This document shows positions 21,312 through 26,811 of a stretch of DNA of 32,000 nucleotides, in pieces. Made by a program: the position numbers and the translations under genes. Each line of letters starts with the position of its first letter. The stretch's first letter is position 1. Under the pieces are notes generated by a model. That model was not told the DNA's origin. It ran no database searches and saw only the letters and a program-made list of their open reading frames with translations. The stretch covers positions 60,001 to 92,000 of IMG/VR virus record IMGVR_UViG_3300035670_013237. One strand, written 5' to 3'. Source of the DNA: a virus.

Positions 21312-22247
21312 ATGATGCTAGGCGTTTGTTGTCATTGGCTAGAAGAACGTGTGAAGCCCAAGGGCAAAGTCGAAGTTGTGAATGCGATGGACGAGCGTGT
21401 CCTGCAGCTCGGCCGCTACAGAGACGGGAAGTACTCGCATGAGCAGATCATGTCGACGTACGTCAATAACGCGACGAATCTCGCGAACATGTTACCCAAG
21501 ATCGCGGGGCACGGTGTCAGGCTGTTTCGCATCTCTTCCGCGCTATTTCCTCTCGCGGACCAGGTCGATCGATCCTTGTGGGACAACGACACCGTGCGGG
21601 GAATCCTCCGTGGTGCTGGCGACTTCATCAGGCAAAATGGTATGCGTGTCTCCACACACCCAGGCCAGTTCTGCGTTCTATCATCTGACACTGACAAGGT
21701 AATTGAGAACGCTATCAACGAGCTCAACCTACATGCATGGCTCTTCGACACCATGGGTCTTGACCACTCCCCTCAATATGCCATCAACATCCACGGGGGC
21801 AAGTCAGACCGTGCATCCCGGCTCATCGAGCAGATCAAGTCCCTGCCTGACAGCACACGCAAGCGTCTCACTCTCGAGAACGACGAGACAGCATACTCTC
21901 TCCTCGATCTCCTCGAAGTCCACAAAGAAACCGGGACACCGCTTGTGTGGGACTCCCACCACCACACCTTCAATGACGGTGACCTGACGATGGAAGAAGC
22001 TATGGGACTCGCTTCCGCCACATGGCCTGATGGCATCAAACCCTTGCAACACATCAGCAACACTGAACCCCACTTTATGTCGGGCGGCTCATTCACCGAG
22101 CGCCGCAAACACTCCGACCTAATTCACTACGTGCCAGAGCCCCAGCTCTCAGCACTTCGGGATGGAACGGTCGACTGTGAAGTCGAGGCGAAGCTGAAGA
22201 ATGTATCAGTCTTCAAGATGGCGAAAGATTTCGAAATTCCGATTTGA
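21312..22247 (+). CDS. uvdE: UV-damage endonuclease (UvdE family)
   Basis: STHPGQFCVLSS, INIHGG, LTLENDE and VWDSHHH are the TIM-barrel metal-site motifs of UVDE. Confidence 0.85.
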   Translation: MMLGVCCHWLEERVKPKGKVEVVNAMDERVLQLGRYRDGKYSHEQIMSTYVNNATNLANMLPKIAGHGVRLFRISSALFPLADQVDRSLWDNDTVRGILRGAGDFIRQNGMRVSTHPGQFCVLSSDTDKVIENAINELNLHAWLFDTMGLDHSPQYAINIHGGKSDRASRLIEQIKSLPDSTRKRLTLENDETAYSLLDLLEVHKETGTPLVWDSHHHTFNDGDLTMEEAMGLASATWPDGIKPLQHISNTEPHFMSGGSFTERRKHSDLIHYVPEPQLSALRDGTVDCEVEAKLKNVSVFKMAKDFEIPI

Positions 22248-22257
22248 AGGATTAGAT

Positions 22258-22503
22258 ATGGAGGGGGTTGACATGGTGGCAGTCACTGAATTTCAGGTCC
22301 ACATTTCCCAACAGGAAGAGTTCGAGAATTGTGCCTCTGCAGTGTTCGACTACACAGAGCAGCGCCTGATGCGCTATGTGAAGCTCATCAGCGACCGTCA
22401 GCAGAAGCAGGCACTCAATGATCTCCTCGAGAAATATAGGAAGGGCCGGGTCGCAATCTGCTGGAAGGGTGGTAATCCCTCTTGGCTTGATTTGGACATT
22501 TGA
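22258..22503 (+). CDS. hypothetical protein
   Basis: GAAGGA SD before ATG 22258; 81 aa; not GroES-like. Confidence 0.5.
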   Translation: MEGVDMVAVTEFQVHISQQEEFENCASAVFDYTEQRLMRYVKLISDRQQKQALNDLLEKYRKGRVAICWKGGNPSWLDLDI

Positions 22504-22508
22504 ATGAA

Positions 22509-22537
22509 TTGAACATTTTCACGGATCATTGTATGTT
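22509..22537 (+). promoter_or_regulatory. sigma70-like promoter TTGAAC-N17-TATGTT, 6 nt before the groEL ATG
   Basis: Exact 17-nt spacer; no SD between the -10 and ATG 22544. Confidence 0.5.
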
Positions 22538-22543
22538 TTGTGC

Positions 22544-24142
22544 ATGAGCGAGAGCACAACACAAGTCCTATTCAAAAATGACGCCCGCCGCCAATTGTTC
22601 GTGGGCATGGAGATCGCTGCTGAGGCGGTGTCCACGACCCTTGGCCCAAAGGGTAAGACTGTCCTGATCCAACGTAAGGGTGAAGCGCCTATTGTCACGA
22701 AGGATGGCGTGACTGTGAGCAAGTCAATAAGGTTGCGCGATCCTGTGCAACGCATGGGTGCCGAGCTCATCCGCGAGGCTGCTGCACAGACAAATGAGAT
22801 CGCAGGAGATGGCACGACGACTGCGACTGTCCTCACGCACGCCATGGTGAAAGAGGGACTGAAGCTCCTCGAGGCCGGATATCCCGCGAAAGAACTATGC
22901 AAGGGCATTGAATTAGCGAGGGCCCGTGTGGATGAGAACCTTGCTGCTCTTGCGAAGCGCCTCACAACTGCTGAAGAGATTGCACAAGTGGGCACGATTT
23001 CGGCTAACGGTGACCGTAAGATCGGTGACCTCATTGCAGCAGCAATGGACAAGGTGGGCCGCGATGGCATCATCACGGTGGAAGATGCAAAGGGCATGGC
23101 GACTACCCTCGAGGTCGTCGAGGGCATGCAATTCGATCGCGGTTATCTTTCTCCTTACTTCGTCACCAACCAAGACCGCATGAGCGTCAACTATAATGAC
23201 GCTAGGGTCCTTCTGACTGATAAGAAGCTAAATAACCTAAGAGAATTAGTGCCAATTCTTGAGAAGGTGATGCAAGGCCGCCAGCCCCTCATCATCATCG
23301 CAGAGGACGTCGAAGGTGAAGCTCTACAGGGCCTCGTGCTCAACAGAGTCAATGCGAACCTGCCCGTCGTGGCGGTCAAGGCGCCTGGATATGGACAGCA
23401 TCGGCATGACCTACTCACAGACATCTCAACTCTGACAGGCGCGAAGCTCGTGTCAGCCTCAACAGGACTCAAGTTGGAATCTCTCACCTTGCAGGATCTT
23501 GGCACCCTGAAGCGTGTGGTGGTCGATGCTAAATCGACGACTCTCGTGGGAACAGGGTCAACAAAGTCAAGCGTTGAGGCTCATGTGGAGAACCTCCGCA
23601 CACAGCTTCAAGATGTGACCCTCACGGTCGACGACGTCACGAAGCTGAAGGTGCGAATTGCGAAACTGGCGAGCGGTGTCGCGGTCATTCGCGTGGGCGG
23701 GGCGACAGAGGTCGAGATGATCGAACGCAAGTATAGAATTGAAGATGCCCTCAATGCTACTCGTGCTGCTGCGGAGGAGGGCATCGTGCCCGGCGGCGGC
23801 ATGGCACTTGCTACAATCACGAGCACAATAGATCTTTCTGCTGACTTGCCGCAAGAAGAAGCCATGGGAGCTTCAATCATCACACGAGCATGCCTTGCAC
23901 CGCTGAAGAGGATCTCGCAGAACGCAGGAGTAACACCAGAGGTAATCCTCAGTGAACTCCAGCGAAACCCAGGTAAGGGCTACAACGCCGCGACAGGCGA
24001 GTATGTCGATCTCATCGCGGCCGGTGTCATCGATCCTGTCAAGGTGACACGGACGGCCTTGAAAAACGCTGCCTCAGTTGCCACGACATTCTTGTCTCTT
24101 GATGCAGTCGTCTTTGATGAGGAGGGACAGGCGGGTGAGTAA
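22544..24142 (+). CDS. groEL: GroEL (Cpn60) chaperonin
   Basis: Near-canonical LGPKGKTVLI, PIVTKDGVTVSK, AGDGTTTATVLTHA and VAVKAPGYG motifs along the full length. ATG 22544 gives an MSESTTQVLF N-terminus. The protein ends ...EEGQAGE without a GGM tail. Confidence 0.95.
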   Translation: MSESTTQVLFKNDARRQLFVGMEIAAEAVSTTLGPKGKTVLIQRKGEAPIVTKDGVTVSKSIRLRDPVQRMGAELIREAAAQTNEIAGDGTTTATVLTHAMVKEGLKLLEAGYPAKELCKGIELARARVDENLAALAKRLTTAEEIAQVGTISANGDRKIGDLIAAAMDKVGRDGIITVEDAKGMATTLEVVEGMQFDRGYLSPYFVTNQDRMSVNYNDARVLLTDKKLNNLRELVPILEKVMQGRQPLIIIAEDVEGEALQGLVLNRVNANLPVVAVKAPGYGQHRHDLLTDISTLTGAKLVSASTGLKLESLTLQDLGTLKRVVVDAKSTTLVGTGSTKSSVEAHVENLRTQLQDVTLTVDDVTKLKVRIAKLASGVAVIRVGGATEVEMIERKYRIEDALNATRAAAEEGIVPGGGMALATITSTIDLSADLPQEEAMGASIITRACLAPLKRISQNAGVTPEVILSELQRNPGKGYNAATGEYVDLIAAGVIDPVKVTRTALKNAASVATTFLSLDAVVFDEEGQAGE

Positions 24143-24521
24143 GCTTAAAGAGCAAGAGCTCACGGACCAGATCCAACTAATCAACTGGGGTGGAACGTCA
24201 CCTGCTGAGCGTCGCACGTTTACAGAAGCTCTAGCACAGTTAGAGATCGCGGCTCTTGTTGACATGCAGGCTGCGACTGCGCGTCGCAGCCGGTTATCAT
24301 CTCTCGTTGTGGCTCTCGTGGGCGTTCTTTTAGCATCTCTCCTGGGAGCTGCACCTCCCACGCTGATCATGGTGGCTCTCGGTACTCAGCTTCTGATGTT
24401 CGTCGTGAGTCAAGTCTTGGAAAACGCATCTAAGAAGCTACTCGCAGCGGCTGAGGCACGAGCTCTTGAGAGGGTTGAATTTCTGGCAAAGAGACACCCG
24501 CTCCCACCAGCCCAAGACTAA
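24135..24521 (+). CDS. two-TM membrane protein
   Basis: GTG 24135 overlaps the groEL stop by 8 nt (ATG 24117 is an alternative). TM segments LSSLVVALVGVLLASLLGA and LIMVALGTQLLMFVVSQVL. Confidence 0.5.
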   Translation: MSKLKEQELTDQIQLINWGGTSPAERRTFTEALAQLEIAALVDMQAATARRSRLSSLVVALVGVLLASLLGAAPPTLIMVALGTQLLMFVVSQVLENASKKLLAAAEARALERVEFLAKRHPLPPAQD

Positions 24522-24527
24522 TATTTA

Positions 24528-24779
24528 ATGAACATGGATGATTATTATACCCCAGGCCAGCTCGTCACACGGCGGTATCGCTGGAGTATAAGTTCTCATG
24601 TACTGGGAATTGTTATTCACACACCTGTAGATGATGAAAACCTGCTCACTGTGCTCTGGGCGCAGAATGATACATGTCAAGGCAACCCCACAATGGCAGA
24701 CTGCCACCGCAGCAACCTGCTGCCAGTCGATGAAGATTCATCCGCACAGCTAGGATCGCGATGTCAGATCACTACATAG
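24528..24779 (+). CDS. small protein of the PGD/SH3-like paralog family
   Basis: YTPGQLVTRRYRWSISSHVLGIVIH...LLTVLWAQ. Confidence 0.5.
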   Translation: MNMDDYYTPGQLVTRRYRWSISSHVLGIVIHTPVDDENLLTVLWAQNDTCQGNPTMADCHRSNLLPVDEDSSAQLGSRCQITT

Positions 24780-24985
24780 GAGAATTTGTGCTCTATAGGC
24801 CTGCTCGGGTGGGTCGTGGGGAGAGTGTCGCAATGATCTTATCGATCAAGAATTCTAATTCACCTCGCTGGTCCAGTGAGATTGATTATCAGCACGTGTA
24901 CTATGTGCTCACTAATTCTGGTAATGTAGAAGGTCCGCTATTCTCGTCGGAGCTGTTGAGTGTTTCAAAAGTACATGCCGGGTGA
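24761..24985 (+). CDS. small protein of the PGD/SH3-like paralog family
   Basis: YIGEFVLYRPARVGRGESVAMILSI...YYVLTNSG; compare YYVLTRSK at 20267. Confidence 0.5.
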   Translation: MSDHYIGEFVLYRPARVGRGESVAMILSIKNSNSPRWSSEIDYQHVYYVLTNSGNVEGPLFSSELLSVSKVHAG

Positions 24986-25199
24986 CCTTGTCTACTTAAC
25001 CTGGAGCACCTGCGGCACAATACATGATCCTGCAAATCCGCTTCAAGCGCATTATCTCTGGCTCAATAAGGGCCAATACGGAATGATCGTGGGAGGTCTT
25101 GGGCACCCGTCTAAGGAAACGCGGGGTGAAATTGAAATGCTGACTTTCATTGAGGGTAAATTGATCTGGGTCGAGTGCGACTGCCTGGAGCTCTTATGA
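24975..25199 (+). CDS. small protein of the PGD/SH3-like paralog family
   Basis: ATG 24975 gives MPGDLVYLTWSTCG and overlaps the upstream stop by 11 nt. Confidence 0.55.
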   Translation: MPGDLVYLTWSTCGTIHDPANPLQAHYLWLNKGQYGMIVGGLGHPSKETRGEIEMLTFIEGKLIWVECDCLELL

Positions 25200-25409
25200 C
25201 ATGTCAGCGATGATCTCTTGAATGAGCTCTCTCAGCGCGGCATGATCCACGCTCTCAGCCTCGATCGCCGCTATCTGCCCTTGGGCACCCTTCCGTGATG
25301 TGTGGCAGTTGCGGTGTTTCTTGCCCTTCTTGTCTTTGTACGATAGGACATAGCTGCCCCTGTCGCCGTCTGATTGCTTACACTTTTGTTTGCGAATTGT
25401 GTATGGCAT
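25194..25409 (-). CDS. small basic hypothetical protein
   Basis: 71-aa ORF on the opposite strand. Lys-rich N-terminal half with CK...CH; the C-terminus ALRELIQEIIADMS resembles the shared leader motif. Confidence 0.5.
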   Translation of the reverse strand: MPYTIRKQKCKQSDGDRGSYVLSYKDKKGKKHRNCHTSRKGAQGQIAAIEAESVDHAALRELIQEIIADMS

Positions 25410-25430
25410 GCTTTTACCCTGTAGATGTTG

Positions 25431-25459
25431 TGCAGTATAAATTATGTTCTAGGCATAAT
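25431..25459 (+). promoter_or_regulatory. sigma70-like promoter TGCAGT-N17-CATAAT, 7 nt before ATG 25467
   Basis: Lies in the divergent intergenic region; no SD. Confidence 0.4.
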
Positions 25460-25466
25460 TAGTTCC

Positions 25467-25703
25467 ATGAGAATGACGATTGCTGAGCTCAGGCAGATAG
25501 TGCGAGAAGAAGTTGAGCGCAACAATCGTTGGCTCGCGGGATTTTTTATCGGCGGGGGAATTAGCGGGGGTCGCAAAGGAACGATCACACCTCCCCTCGG
25601 CTTGGGGACAGAAGAAGAACAAGAACACCATGGCGAAGAACAACAAGAAGAACCAAGGCAGGCAGGAGAAGAGCGGTGGGCGAGAGCGGGAAGACGCCGT
25701 TGA
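25467..25703 (+). CDS. small protein, strict member of the N-terminal leader family
   Basis: Starts [20 protein letters not shown]. The 3' 74 nt overlap infA in another frame within a purine-rich tract, so the true stop is uncertain. Confidence 0.5.
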   Translation: MRMTIAELRQIVREEVERNNRWLAGFFIGGGISGGRKGTITPPLGLGTEEEQEHHGEEQQEEPRQAGEERWARAGRRR

Positions 25704-25899
25704 ACTCAATGGCACAGTCGACGAGGCCCTACCCGGGACCTTTTTTAGGGTCATATGCGAGGGCGGTCACACGGTGCTCGCTACACTCTCAGGCAAATTG
25801 AGAATGAATCACATCAAGGTGCTTCCAGGTGACTCGGTCACTGTCGAGGTCTCACCTTACGATTTAACGCGGGGAAGGATTTGTTGGCGTAAGGCTTGA
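25630..25899 (+). CDS. infA: translation initiation factor IF-1 homolog with a basic N-terminal extension
   Basis: [63 protein letters not shown] aligns residue by residue with bacterial IF-1 (S1-like OB fold). It is preceded by [24 protein letters not shown]. Confidence 0.9.
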   Translation: MAKNNKKNQGRQEKSGGREREDAVELNGTVDEALPGTFFRVICEGGHTVLATLSGKLRMNHIKVLPGDSVTVEVSPYDLTRGRICWRKA

Positions 25900-26017
25900 G
25901 CCTGTGACGTGCAAAATCGAGAGATAAGAGGTGATACTTGAGCCCAAGTCGGCGCATGCCTAGCAATAAGCAGAACTTCGACGCGAAGAAATAAAATCCG
26001 TGCTTCGTCTTACGCAT
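25838..26017 (-). CDS. possible 59-aa basic ORF below the ORF-track cutoff
   Basis: AGGAGG SD 7 nt upstream of ATG 26017 (hand translation [25 protein letters not shown]...). The last 62 nt are antisense to the infA 3' end. Confidence 0.25.
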   Translation of the reverse strand: MRKTKHGFYFFASKFCLLLGMRRLGLKYHLLSLDFARHRLKPYANKSFPALNRKVRPRQ

Positions 26018-26112
26018 GCCATACCCTCCTTAAATTTGTGCCTATCTTACCCCATATTTTTCCATGACATTACTTATTCAAAGATTTGCAATAGGAATCC
26101 ATATTTAGACTT

Positions 26113-26475
26113 ATGAAGATCACAGAATCAGATTTGAGAAAGATCATTGTAAGTGAGATCGCTGCTCTTCGTGAAGAGACCGAGGGCCCTCCGCAAGTGG
26201 GAAAAGAGAAGGCTGACACCAAGGGAACTCTCGACATAAGTTCCATCGCGAAAGTGCTTCAGGTGGACCCTGGGAAACTAAAATCTGCTGTCGCTGCGGC
26301 GAAGGCTGGGAAGCGCTCTTCAGGTCACAACGCAATTCTTGGTGATGTTTTCGTCAAGTTGATGGAGGCCTCGCCTGAAGACACTGTCAAGGTAATGAAC
26401 ATGTTGAAGAAAGTGACGAGCAGCGAATCCGCAGGTTCTGGTGCACAACCAGGAAAACCGCAGAAGACAGCCTGA
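26113..26475 (+). CDS. hypothetical protein, strict member of the N-terminal leader family
   Basis: Starts MKITESDLRKIIVSEIAALREE. Confidence 0.6.
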   Translation: MKITESDLRKIIVSEIAALREETEGPPQVGKEKADTKGTLDISSIAKVLQVDPGKLKSAVAAAKAGKRSSGHNAILGDVFVKLMEASPEDTVKVMNMLKKVTSSESAGSGAQPGKPQKTA

Positions 26476-26496
26476 CATGAGCGCTTATTCATTCCC

Positions 26497-26811
26497 ATGA
26501 AAATAACAATAGGAAACCTCAGGCAAATTATTAGAAAATCTCTCAGTGAGGCCGGGGGTGCCCGTCCGAGCCGTCCGCAGCCTTATACAAGGAATGCAAT
26601 GGCACCTGACCTCGCTGACCGCGTGGCCATTGGCCGTCTTGAGACGGGGGAACCTGAAGAGGAAGAGCTACCCCCACACCTGAGAGAGCCCGTTGTTGAT
26701 TTCGAGGATTGCTATGGGCCAGTGCCTCCCATCGCGGGAGATCCTTATGTCGGGCAGGATCCCTTTGCACGTGACTATTCTCCCCTGCCCACGCCTGCGA
26801 TCAAGCGCTAA
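26497..26811 (+). CDS. hypothetical protein, strict member of the N-terminal leader family
   Basis: Starts MKITIGNLRQIIRKSLSEAGG; Pro-rich remainder. Confidence 0.6.
   Translation: MKITIGNLRQIIRKSLSEAGGARPSRPQPYTRNAMAPDLADRVAIGRLETGEPEEEELPPHLREPVVDFEDCYGPVPPIAGDPYVGQDPFARDYSPLPTPAIKR

Noticed and set aside
22258-22503. 81-aa ORF upstream of groEL as a GroES/gp31-type co-chaperonin
   Set aside because: No mobile-loop or GroES beta-barrel pattern (no ...P..DRV.V... core), and it looks predominantly helical.
22519-23127. 202-aa minus-strand ORF (and further ORFs at 23191-23505 and 23567-23883) inside groEL
   Set aside because: groEL is unambiguous over its whole length. These are antisense frames kept open by its codon bias.
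25467-25899. Programmed +1 frameshift fusing the leader-family ORF to IF-1
   Set aside because: Both frames are open across a GAA/AAG-rich tract, which naturally lacks stops. infA has its own in-frame ATG giving a canonical MAK N-terminus, and no slippery site was recognised. It is kept only as a remote possibility.
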